From positions 144,637 through 208,636 of the forward strand of contig CBFFRP010000412.1 in assembly GCA_965644295.1 (NCBI GenBank): a DNA stretch of 64,000 nt. Direction: 5' to 3'. Shown piece by piece: positions 15,601-27,800 of the stretch (the stretch's first letter is position 1; every line of letters starts with the position of its first letter). Both the position numbers and the translations under genes were made by a program. The notes below the pieces were generated by a model. That model saw nothing but the letters and a program-made list of their open reading frames with translations, was not told where the DNA came from and ran no database searches. This stretch comes from Paraphysomonas bandaiensis (taxonomy: Eukaryota > Protista > Chrysophyceae).

Positions 15601-18600
15601 TGGTCAACTCATATGTCATACCCTTTCTGGATATCGCGATAGAATTCGATACCTAGCACTGTTGAGACGCCGTTTGACGAGTTCCATTCGTATTCAATGT
15701 TGGTATAGATCTATTGTTGCAAGACGCAGTGCGAAAATGCGAAAGGCTGCTGCAGTTGCCATTCAAAGCGCTGCTCGCAGAAAAATATGCCGTCGGCGTT
15801 ACCTGTCATGTCTGGCCAAGACTGTCCTCATGCAGTCCGCAGTGAGAAGACATGCGGCAAGATGCAATTACTCAAAATCTATTGCGGCATGCAAACAGAT
15901 TCAGAGCACTTGCCGTATGATGATCGCAGTCAACAAATTTCGCCTTGCCAAAATATCTGCTGTAACTATTCAGAATGCTGTGAGGAAGCGATATGCTGTA
16001 AAGAATTATAACGTTACTCTACGTAGTTGCGTTCTGATACAGAGCATTTGTCGTATGCTCCAGCAGTCTCGTCGTTACCGTCGCGCGCAAAAGTTCGCTG
16101 TTAAAATTCAAAGCACTGTTCGGCGCAGGCAGGCTGTTGAGCGCTACAATTTTACACTTCGAAGCTGTGTACTTATTCAAAGTGTGTGCCGAATGCTCGC
16201 CGAGAAGGAGAGAATGAGAGTCGCGAAGGAATCTGCCATAAAAATTCAGAGTGCTATGCGAGGAAAAACTGCGCGAACTCAATATACAAAAGTTTATCGT
16301 GGATGTGTTCTGGTCCAAAGCTTGTGCAGAATGATGATATGCTGTAATAAATTGAGGATTCAGAGGAATTCCGCTGTTAAGCTTCAGGCCTCTGTTAGAA
16401 AACAACAAATGCTGCGCCGATTTAAGAAGGCGAAGGCATGCTGTGTACTTCTTCAGTCCGTGGGACGAAAGCATATGTGCAGCCGCCAATACCGAAAATC
16501 GCGCTCATCAGCCACTTTAATTCAAAAGATCGCTCGTGGCCGCCAGGCGTCAAGGGCATATCAGAAAAAATTGCGCCAATACATCATGGTACAGGCGATG
16601 GTACGACGCTGGATAAGTTTGCGCCAGTATCGTATTTGTAAAGAAAGCGTGAAGCGTATCCAAACTGCCGCGAGGCGTTACATTTGCATGAGACATTACG
16701 CCCACGATCGTGCTATGGTGCTAACTTCGCAAGCATTTGCTCGCCGCCATATTGCTCGAAAAAATTATCTATCGGTTTTGGTAAAAATAATTCGAATTCA
16801 ATCAAAGTGGCGCATGTACGCTGAGCGCAAACGATTCCTTCGAGCCCAAAGTATGTCAACTCGAATTTCCTGCCATATACGGGCCGCATTGGTGAGATGG
16901 GAATATTCCAACAAACGTAAGTCTTGCTTACGGATTCAGAAAGCAATAAAATCATTTCTTCGCAACATATACTTGCGTAAGAGTCTTGACTATTTGTATA
17001 CTCTCTGTGCCACCTGTCAGGAATCTGATATGGAACAACTGCTCCTTCCACCCCCTCCGGTAATGGCCTATGGTCTAACAAAAGGCCCTCAAAGGGACAA
17101 CAGTGGGCCCTATGGATCATATACATCTGTCCATTTGCGTGATTTCTTGAGTATTCGCAGGCGAAGTATGAACTTCGCATCTCCTCTTCACGTGGCGCTT
17201 TACCATGGTAACATGGCAGCTGTCCGTGCCTTGCGTCCAGGCCCCGCCGACATTCTTTGCAAAGACAGTAAGGGAAATTCGTCAGTACATTATGTTGCCA
17301 TGCACCCTACCGTAGACGCCATGGATTACTTGGCGGATGCCTTGCAAGTGAGGTACACCTACTCAGCTCTTTTACAGTGCGGCATACTGGGAGACGAGGG
17401 TTCTCACGCCGCTGTTTCTGCAGCTAAAGTCTCGCAAGGCAAGCTTTGGGGGCGTAGGGGCAGCTTCTTGGTTGGAGATGATGATAGTGATGACGAGGGC
17501 ACAAGCGGAAGAGCTTTGGATGAAGGCCTCACTGCCGCTCTCTCTGGTGAATGTATAAAACAGGGTTGGTTAAAGAAGGTACGATTTTGACTTCATATGT
17601 GTTGTATAACGCTTTATCTACTCAGCGACGGGTCGGTGGCAGGTGGCAGAAGAGGTGGACGGTACTGAGTCCAACTGGATTGGCGTACTACAAGCGGAAG
17701 GGTGATGATGTCCCAAAAGGTATAGTGCCCATAGAAGGAAGTGTGGTGTCCAAGCAACAAGGTAGCGATCCTGTATTTGAGATTGTCAACGAACGCCTTG
17801 TCGTAAAGAAGAAGCACGAGGGCAAAAACCCAGCTATGGAGTTTATGGCTGAAAATGAGAAGGACTTGCAACAGTGGCTTCTGCCTCTTCGTGCATTGGC
17901 AGGGACAGGGACGGGTGAGCGGGGATTTCGCCCTGGAGCTGATGAATTTGATATGGATTTCATTCCTATCAACTATGTCAACTCCGATCTCCGTGTAACA
18001 TGGCTGAATGAGACAAATGATGACGGTGAAACACCCCTTCATGTGCTGGCAAGGTTCAAGAATCGGGGCAATGATGGTAGCCCACTTGTACCAACAGCGC
18101 GTATATTGCAATTGGCTATGTGGTTTATTGTCAACGGCTGTGATATCAACGCGCAGAATAACTGCGGTCAAACTGCATTACATGTAGCTGTTCGTTACGG
18201 TAATATTGAACTCGCTCGATGCCTAGTTATGAAGGGCGCAGATAGCACAATTAAAAATCATGATGGCAACACTGTTCTCGACTTGAGCACGCCAGAGTTC
18301 GTTAAGGAGATATCTGCTGGAACGTCAGGCAGTGTGTCCCTAGTGCATTCTGCTAAAACTCAGAACCGTCTGAGAGGCTATTCTTATCTGACCATTCAAT
18401 TTCAGAAGCATTCACAGACCTCAACAGAGCATAGGTTCGTGATTGCGATGTTTGTAAATATGACACTAATCATTTTTATTATCATGCAGGCAAGACTTCG
18501 AGTCGTTGCGCTACCCGTTTCTGTCTATCGCAGTGTATAATTCACAGCGCAAACTAATTGAAAATATTCAGAATATGCCAATACCTGGTGTCCGGCGCTC

Positions 18601-19390
18601 CTCTTATGTGTGGTGGGGATGTGCTTGGCACATGCAGACGCCACTGGAGAACATCAATGAGAATTGTTATGTGGTTATCGAGCTAAAGAACGCCTCTTCA
18701 TGGAGTCAGATTCTCCTCCCGTCCGCGGCACCTGCTCAGCAGTCCAGTAGTAGCGGTGGGTTCAGCTCATTCTTTGGTGGTGGAAGCAGCAGCAGTGAAA
18801 GTGTTTATGCTACGACCAGTCAGGGCACTTCTATAGCCTGGTATATCCATCCGCTGGACCTCACGAAATTGAATTCGACTTCGCAGACATTTGAATTATT
18901 CCAGAGCCCTGTGCTCCTACCACCCGGTCCCAAAGATCCCCCACATCCCGATTCGTCGTATCGATCAGACTGCTCATTCCTTGAAACCAATTTTCTTATC
19001 TCGAAGAGGGGGAAGGATGTGGACCTCAGAGATTATCGCTCCCAGCCGTCATGGGTTCACCATCATCTCCCGAAACCAGGCGAGGATGTGCGCACAGCTT
19101 CGGTTATACGCCAATCGGCAGAGCCACCGCCGAATCGAGAACGCCCCCCCGTAAACATATCTAAGCTTATGGGAGTTACCGCAGAAGAGGAAGAACATGA
19201 GGGTGATACCTTCTCAGAAGAAAATATCAACGCAATGGGAATTAAGGAATTAAAAAGTCATCTGGAAAGTTTCGGTGTTGACTATTCCAGTTTCGTGGAA
19301 AAGAGTGAGTTGCGACAAGCCCTTAAGAATGCCGTGGGTGGTTTGAAAAAAAAAACTTCTCTAGGGGGTATATTCAGTTACGCTACCTAG
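12606..19390 (+). CDS. Unconventional myosin: motor, ~23 IQ motifs, ankyrin-PH-ankyrin, C2(AIDA)-like domain, C-terminal SAP-like helix pair (class XXXI-like)
   Basis: Motor motifs GESGAG|KT, FGNSKTVRNDNSSRFGK and DIFGFE. IQ array at ~15395-16975. GWLKK|RRVGGRWQKRW PH domain between ankyrin repeats (SPLHVAL, GETPLHVLA, GQTALHVAV). Introns at 13096-13142, 17579-17625 and 18435-18489. Confidence 0.93.
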
Positions 19391-20045
19391 CGTGACGTAT
19401 TGTTAGAGTTTAGATAATTAAGAATGCCGAAATGTTATTAAATAAATATAATATGGAAAGTCATCATAAATTTTTAGATCAATGGCAAATTTCAAATAGA
19501 TCTATCTTGCCTAGTAAAATAAAGTAGCAAGTGGCAGTAAATTAAGCTACCGAATTCTTATGGAGTTTGAATTTAAGTAGTTTTCTGAGTGTGTCAAGAT
19601 TAATATGAAGTAAATAAGAAAACTCCGGCAGGAAGAGGATGAAGGTAGCTATGAAAAATTAAATAATGTTGAGTTTGCTCTGAGTTGGACAATTATTCGA
19701 TTCAGTTACCAATATATGACAGTACATATTCATATGGGACACACACAACAACGATAAAAATCGATGAAGATTATAAACTTTTCTTCTTCATCTTTCAACT
19801 TTCATTCTGCTGCGCTTCATACAACCCCCTTTGCAAATGGGGGCTTGAAGTTACAAGAATAAAATATATACTTTATATACATAGTTAAAGATAGCTTTCA
19901 TAGTAGATGATGGGGGAGGGAAAATTTTCTATAAGGATATTTTTCATAAAACCTACTGTAAAGTCTATCTGTGTTACTCCAGGTTGAGTTCTCCTGTCCT
20001 CCATCATGCTCTCTTAGAAAACATGGTTTCAGGTATAACATACTT

Positions 20046-21206
20046 TTTTGTAGAGCTAAATAGTAAATTGTAGGAATCAGAGTTAAGAACTAGTTAGTTA
20101 AATTGTAATGTTAAATTCTGACTCTTACTCCCCTGTTCCTAATAACAAGGAATTCACTACTATAGCATACTTTAAAATATCATTATAAAATACCATTTCA
20201 AGGTAAATTTTGAAAAGTTGCCCGTCGTTTCAACCTCCATATTCGTTTAATCCTTTCTGAATCTGTATCTGCTATGGTGGGACAGACTATGCAGTGCTAC
20301 GCCCAGAGAGGTTCCAGTTAGATTCTGCAGCTTCACCACTGAAGCTATATATATGTTGACCAAGAGGTCTGTGATATAAGTGTCCCCCTTTGTACCACTA
20401 CTAAAAGTAGTCCTTCTAATGCGGAAAGGTAGTTGGTAGTATGTATTGTTATTTTTAACTACTTCTGTATAAATTTAACTCTGATAGAAGTTTAAGTTAA
20501 TAATAATTGCGTTGAAAATTCAGACCTGTATTTTCTTTAACATAACAAAATGTTACTTTTAGTATCTACTATTCACCAACAAAACCTGGTAAAATCACTT
20601 TGTCAGGTTTGGGCATCACAGCCACTTTTATCAAGTTAAATTTCAATTTTTAACACCATTCATATGATATTATATATGACATACAACATTGCTAACAGGG
20701 TTAGCTGGATATTACATCAAGTAAACAATACGCAAATGTGAAAAGCAATTCCCACGTTTTTGACGTTCATTCCTTGTTAAAACTATAGCTAGTTACTAGA
20801 GTGCTAATATATAGTTCTCTGCATTTGTATTTTGATATATTATTGACTTTTTTTGCAATGTCTATAATTGACAATTAATTGCAAATCAATTAGCTATTAT
20901 GCAGCCTTGCGGAGTGTTATGATCAATAGCCATCTTGCGGAGCTGTTAAATTGAATAACCCTGTTTGAAGCAAAGGAGTAGCAGTGAATGTCTAATTATT
21001 AGCAATAGGCGTTTAAGAGTCAGAAATAATGTAACATTATTATTATTGGTGAATGTATTTTTATTAGCAATAGATGAGTAAGAGTCAGAATTAGTGTGGC
21101 ATTTCAATTTAACTAACTAGTACATAACTCTGATATCCTACCATTTAACGCTACAAAAGCTGCTTGTGCGTCACCGCAAGCACCAAGGTGCAACCACTTT
21201 CGCTCT
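20046..21206. mobile_element. Non-autonomous TIR/MITE-like element (family A), ~1.1 kb, with ~100-bp diverged inverted arms
   Basis: 20046-20145 (TTTTGTAG...GTAGGAATCAGAGTTAAGAACTAGTTAGTTAAATTG...AATTCTGACTCTTACTC...CTAATAA) matches the reverse complement of 21061-21160. No coding capacity inside; TSD not identified. Confidence 0.6.
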
Positions 21207-21886
21207 CTCGCTCGAAGCAAACGCAGTGACATCTTCCTAACATCTGCTGACCTCAGGAGCAAAGGATTGATAAATAATAATAGGTAGGATCTAGGAAAAT
21301 AGTATGACTAGGAAATTCAACCAAATTGACTAGGTTGAATAATATATCTCATAATAGGTCCGTCCAAAAATCCATTGTTTGCATCGCTCTACGTTGAGAA
21401 AACTCTGGATTATTCAATTGGACTGTTCCTGAGATTTTACGCGGGTGCCCGTAGGCTCCTTTTAGTATCCTACTATTCCCGACATTTTTGTATTCCGGCT
21501 AGTACCGTGCGTATATATTTAATTTTCAAATATGTTTCTAGGTGGTGCTTATATAAGATCACAGTTCTATATCATGAAATACCGCAGTTGTGCGTCTATA
21601 AATAATAGTTAATTCATCCAGAAGTCAAGCAAAATTTACTCAGAAGTGTAGCTCATGTATCCTTCTACTGAATTCGTCTACAGTTCATATTCTAGTACAA
21701 TTATATTGGTCCAGAAATGACGTTTCAATACAAAAAGATATTAAAAGAGTATCTTGCAAAGGCTGTTATTGAACTAAGCCCTCAGTTAATACAAAATACA
21801 AAATATGAATTTATTATCATTGCTTCTTCTATACACCTGTAGGTAGCACGCATATAAGCGTTCCATTTTACCGCAACAAAAAACAA

Positions 21887-24316
21887 TCACTTCTCAGCAG
21901 CGGGTATTCCCCCCTTTCTGGGATCACTCACTGCAGTTGCTTTCAGTAATTCGTATTCAACATCTAGAGTACGAATAGGTATTAGTGCTATCGGACCAAA
22001 CAGAAGCAAGCCATGATACAAATTACATGCAACACAAAACAGGAAACCAAAAATTCTACCTATAAATTGGCAAACACCAAAGTTAGACCCTGTGGGTATT
22101 GTGATGTTGTGTCCTCTAGAAGTCAGTGCATCGACGAGTTGCTGATCGCTGTAGCTCTCCAACGTAACGGCAGTTCCATCCGACTGAGACTTACAGTAGT
22201 CGCAATCAAGTGTCATGTCTTCTAAGTACACATATTCCGGAAGCAACTGAGAGTGTATTCGAGGGTGAATAACTGCATCCAGCAAAGACATACCCCGACA
22301 AAGGTAGTTTAGTAAAACCTAATCCACAACTAGTCATTGGCCCTGATTGCAAATAAATAGTGATAACATACCTGTGCCGTAGCTGTAATTATTCTAGAAC
22401 CGCCAGATGCTCCTCCCACAAGACGAACCCTCTTATCTGAGTTTCTGACCATGATTGTGGGTGACATCGATGACATTCTTTCCAGGCTACGTGAAGTTGA
22501 ATCACGCAAAACTTCTCAATGTCGGCAATATGTAAGCCGTAATCACCACCTACCTTAATAAAGTTAGTTTCAGACGGGGCCAAACCAAAATAATTGCTTG
22601 AATTTGGAGATGAGAAGTCATCCATTTCATTGTTGAACACAATTCCTACAATATGATCCTATCATAAGTTATCTACGTGCACAAGAATATCTTACCGGTA
22701 CTCGGGGAGAAAATTTTCGATCCAAAGTATGTGTTTACAGTGCTTGTTATTGCGACTGCATGACCCTCTCTATCCACCACAGATATGTGGGACGTTCCAT
22801 AGTCATTTGGGAGATTTGCTGGGACACCATAGTTGCTGCCACCATAGTCGCTTACATCGTCTAACACGCTGTCTTCTCGAGTAATAGACCGCAGATTAGG
22901 TATTAGATCACCATCTAATATATCACTTATAACACCGGTGACGTTAACAAAATCAGGGTCTCCGAGGGCCATTCGAATCTACAATAATTGGTGACGAGAA
23001 ATAATCAAACAAGCATCAAATTACCGCAAAGGAGTGTTTCATTGCCTCAGCTAAGTGATGATAGTACAAACCTGAAATGTGAATCATATTATGATGCATA
23101 ACTAAACCTTACACTGATACCTCCTTGCGACACAATAGGTTCTGTATATCCATCTAAAAACTTCAAAATGGCTCCGACAATTGAACCACCGGAAGATGGT
23201 GGCGGTGCGCCGTAAAATTCATGGCCCATTAAATTCATCTGTATAGCGTCTCTCACTGTTGATTCATATGACCGGATTTCATCTCCTGTTATATTTCCTC
23301 CGGCAGCGTTGATCTCAGCCGCCAAGTTATCAGCCATAGTGTCATGTAGATAACTCGGGCCCTCTGACGCAATCCCCCGTAGTGTGTCGGCAAGAGCAGG
23401 GTTTTCTATGAAATCGCCGGCGGTCTTCATGACAAAACCTTGATCGGTAGTTTTATACAAGAGAGAAATAAGATCAGCATATAGTTCGGGATTGCTCTCC
23501 AGCTCTTCGTGAACAAAGTTAATATACCGAGCAACTGTGCTGGATATCTCCCACTTCTCCGCCAAATCTACAGAGGGTGAAACCACTCGATTCCATGTTA
23601 CCCCTCCACCTTGCAACTGCCACGCTAAATATAAACCTTTAAGCTCTCCAGGAATTGCCACAGCCAGTCCACCATTCAAAGATAACGTTGGGTCATCGAC
23701 ATACATGTCCTCAGTCGCACTCAATGGGGCAATCTCACGGGCGTCGATGAAGAGCGGTGAGGCGGAAGTTGCGTTGTACCCCAGAATAAAACACCCTCCA
23801 CCCAAACCACTAGAAGCCGGACTCACGACTCCTAAACAAAGGGCAGTTGCCACAGCGGCATCCATGGCATTGCCACCGTCTCGCAGTACATCTGCACCAA
23901 TAACAGAACAGCGATAGTCATCTGCAGCCACAAGTCCACCCCCATCCACACTTTCCACAGCAGCTGTAGATGCCCAGTTGTCTTCATTCATCATACATGA
24001 GTAAGAGTCCCCATTATGAGGTTTTGATAGTGATACTATTATTAAAGCGATCACTAATGGCAATATCAGTAATAAAAAACTGCCACAAAACACTTCCAAT
24101 GGATGTCTGATATATATATCAGTTAACTTATTCACTACTCCTTCTTTACGAGTCAATTGAGAGTAATTTCTTTTCTTTTCAATATCGTCATCATCATGAT
24201 CAGGTGTGGATGCTAGAGGTCGTCTATCATCATGTTTCCCATCATGTTCGTCCCAGGAAGTTACCTATAATATATATGAGATTTATAAGATAAGAGAGAA
24301 AAGATACCTCCATCAT
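21887..24316 (-). CDS. GGT: Gamma-glutamyl transpeptidase (type II membrane anchor); frameshift near 22477 in this assembly
   Basis: TM helix, GGNAMDAAVATALCLGVV, SSGLGGGCF, IDAREIAP, PPPSSGG, catalytic-Thr motif YGTSHISVVD, FNNEMDDFS, GASGGSRIIT and SDPRKGG. ATG at 24316, with several short introns. Confidence 0.88.
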
Positions 24317-24882
24317 AACGTAAATGTGCTTATTGTGCTATAACTATGAAGAAGGGGGGAGATGTTATGTTAATTATGTATGTTAGTTATATATGGCACT
24401 GTGGATTACTTCACTTGTTTCAAGATATGATACGGTCAGCTATACTGCACCAGGTACACACTGCAGCATATGATTCATGGCAGGAATTCCTACGACTAAA
24501 CCTACCGCCGTATACCTATATGCAACATCTAGACATATTCATTTCGCGATTTCCTACAAACTTCTCTGGTGCAAATGAATGGCATCAATGATATATACAA
24601 TGGTATACCATGGTATACTGCCGTAGTATATTGTGATGTGCTCGCCAAGCCACCATACTAAACTTAATCCACCAAAAACATGCTCTTTTAGAAAAAACTT
24701 CAGTTTTATAACATCGCTCAAGGGTTTTGATAATATCAATTGGCACTGCAAGTGTCCGGAGGTGGTAAAAAATGTCCATCCGTCCATTCATTTCAGTCAA
24801 GAAGAGGAGGACCATTATTTATTACTCAGCCATAGTAGAACATTATCATATTTATCTTAGGTTTAATACGGGGAGGTACACT

Positions 24883-27800
24883 ATGGCTTCCACCTATATT
24901 ATGAATATCATAGGTGAGCTAGTGAGTAAGGGTATCGTGGAGTCTCATGAGAAAGCAGACAAAGAAACTGACTTGAGTCAACCGATGGTAGTTAGTCGTA
25001 TCTTAAAATCCTTAACATCACAGCTGCTGACGAATAAGATTGATAGAAATATTATTCCTAAATTAAGTCCAGGTACATATATAATATTTTCGTATCGAGA
25101 TTACATTATAACAATGAGTAGTTATTTTAGACATAGTTGAAATCGGAAAAACGACAGCAGTAACTATGGAGCAACAATTGAATTATGCTTCACTTCTGGC
25201 CGATATAATATCATATTCTGTACATTCAGTTGATTTTATGACTGAGGTTTGCGATTTTTTAGTACGATTCCTATTGTGTTACTAACCTCTATCTAGGTAT
25301 TGCCGACTCCAATTTTGTCTGCGACCTTACTTTCTGGTATCGACGATATCAGAATTCGTAAATATCTTCGCGCCTTAAGAGTTATGCTTCAAGCTGGGAG
25401 TATATCAAGTTATAAGCAGCTTGATTATGGCGTTCTTTTGATGTTTTTATCGAAACAGAGAGTTGGCGATAGTGAAGGCCAAGAAGTTCGTTACGAGGCG
25501 CTGATGCTTTTACTTGAAGCATTGAGAATACCACGACAGTACTTAACGTATTTTATGTGTAAACTGTTTGACAACAATGATATTTCTCGACTTCTGCTTG
25601 AGGATATTTGCTATCACAAATGTCCTGGGATAGGCAAGAACAGTGTGGGGTCTTTTTCCTCCAACGAAGTGTCTTATGGCGAGGGCGCACTTGCGGATTC
25701 AGACGTCGTTGTGTTCAAGCCATTCCAGACCAGCACTGTGCATGTATGTGGTCTAGCACTACCCACCCAACGTAAGGAGCTTTCGTGGTCATCAAAGCGT
25801 ATGGTACACACTGAAACGGCGCTGAGGAATATGCGAAGATTGGCCATGGCAGTCAAGATGAATACCCCCGTCATTTTACAGGGAGAGAGTGGATCTGGCA
25901 AATCGTTTTTAATACGCGAGCTCGCTGCATTGATGGGATGTGAAGACACTCTTCTAGAGCTTCACTTGGACGAGCAGACTGATAGTAAGGCATTGATAGG
26001 ATCCTACATTTGTTCGGACGTTCCAGGGGAATTTGTTTGGCAGCCAGGATTGATCACACAAGCAGTCATCAATGGGCGGTGGCTGGTAATCGAAGACATT
26101 GATAGAGCCTCTCTTGAGGTGATCGCTACTATCACACCTTTATTGGAGAAGGGAAAGATTCTTAATGGCGTGTTTGGTGAAGTGGCGGCTCACCCTTCTT
26201 TCAGGATATTTGGAACACGGTTGACCTTGTCGGGTAACGAGGATGCAATGAACACGGTACAAACATTGCCCTCAATGAGACATTTCACAACTTTCTGGCA
26301 TATTATTAACATAGATATTCCACCCATTGAAGAAGTAGAAGAGATACTTCGTCACCGTCATGCAAATATGCAACCCGCTATTTTCAGTTGCCTACTTGGT
26401 ACATACAAACGCCTTTGTGGATATCCCGCTGTTGATAGTTCTGGTGATACTCAAAACGTACGGGACGTTTCTCGACAGAGACGAAAATACCTCCTCAAAC
26501 CATTCACTCTTCGCGATCTTATTAAGACTGCTGATAGAATATGCAGTGATCACCGCATGGTGGTAAAGCAAAATAGCACAGGATTCATTACGGAGAAGCA
26601 GCGCCTGGATTGTCTCTCCGATGTTGTGGATGTATTTCTTGGTTCGATGAGAGAGAAGGGGTTATCCTACAGAGAGGCTGTACTGGACATAGGAGTAGGT
26701 ACTGACGGGTGGGGTTGGAGTTTGAGTGAAAATGCGATCGACACGCATATACTTAATCGCTCTCCGTCTGTTGTGAGCTCTGATGGCAGAGTGTGTATTG
26801 GCCGCGTTGATATTCCGATTATGCCATCCGAAGAAGTTGCCTCTTCACGGTCTCAACAATTTGCCTTTTCGAAGCATTCGTTACGGCTGCTTGAAACAGT
26901 TGCAGCGTGTGTTTCTCAGGCAGAGCCTGTTCTCTTGGTTGGTGAGACAGGCAGTGGTAAAACGACAGTTGTTCAGGAACTGGCGGATATTCTTAACCAT
27001 ACACTGGTCGTGCAGAATATCAGTTTATCCACAGATTCAAGTGATTTGTTGGGGGGGTTTCGTCCAGTTTCGCTACGGCAGCTATTTCAGCCTACCTATG
27101 AGCAGTTCATTACTCTTTTTCGTGATACTTTTTCACAGGCACAGAACTCTGAATATTTGCATCATGTGTCACAGTATTTCCAGAAGCAGCAGTGGAAGAA
27201 AATGTTAAAAGCGTTCAGCAAGGCCGCCAGTAATGCGTCAAAAAAATTAGGATTTAGTCCAGAATCATACCAAGCAAGATCTGCAGTTGATACCCTTCAT
27301 CAGTGTTGGCTTGAATTTGTAGATGTCATAAAACGATTGGAATGCAATCTTCCAAAGATTCTTCACGGATTTGCATTCGCATTTGTGGATGGCCTTTTGG
27401 TCGATGCAATGAAGAAAGGACATTGGGTTCTCCTTGATGAGGTTAATCTCGCGACTCCTGAAACCTTACAGGGTTTGGTTGGAATTCTTGATGGCCAATC
27501 ACTATGCCTTACGGAGAAAGGAGATGTGAAGCCGGTTGTACGACACCCTGACTTCCGTATATTTGCCGCAATGAATCCTCCTACTGACGTGGGGAAGAGA
27601 GAATTGCCGGCGTCTTTGCGAGGAAGATTCACGGAAATATATGTGGAAGAGATGGTAGACCAGCAGGACCTACAGACTGTGGTTCATCGATACTTGAGTT
27701 GTGCTGATGGCTCTGCAACTTCTGGTAAAGCAACTGGTCCTCTGTCGGACGTGGTAGATGTGTACCTAGGTTGTCGAGCTAGCGCAGAGGACAGTCTCAC

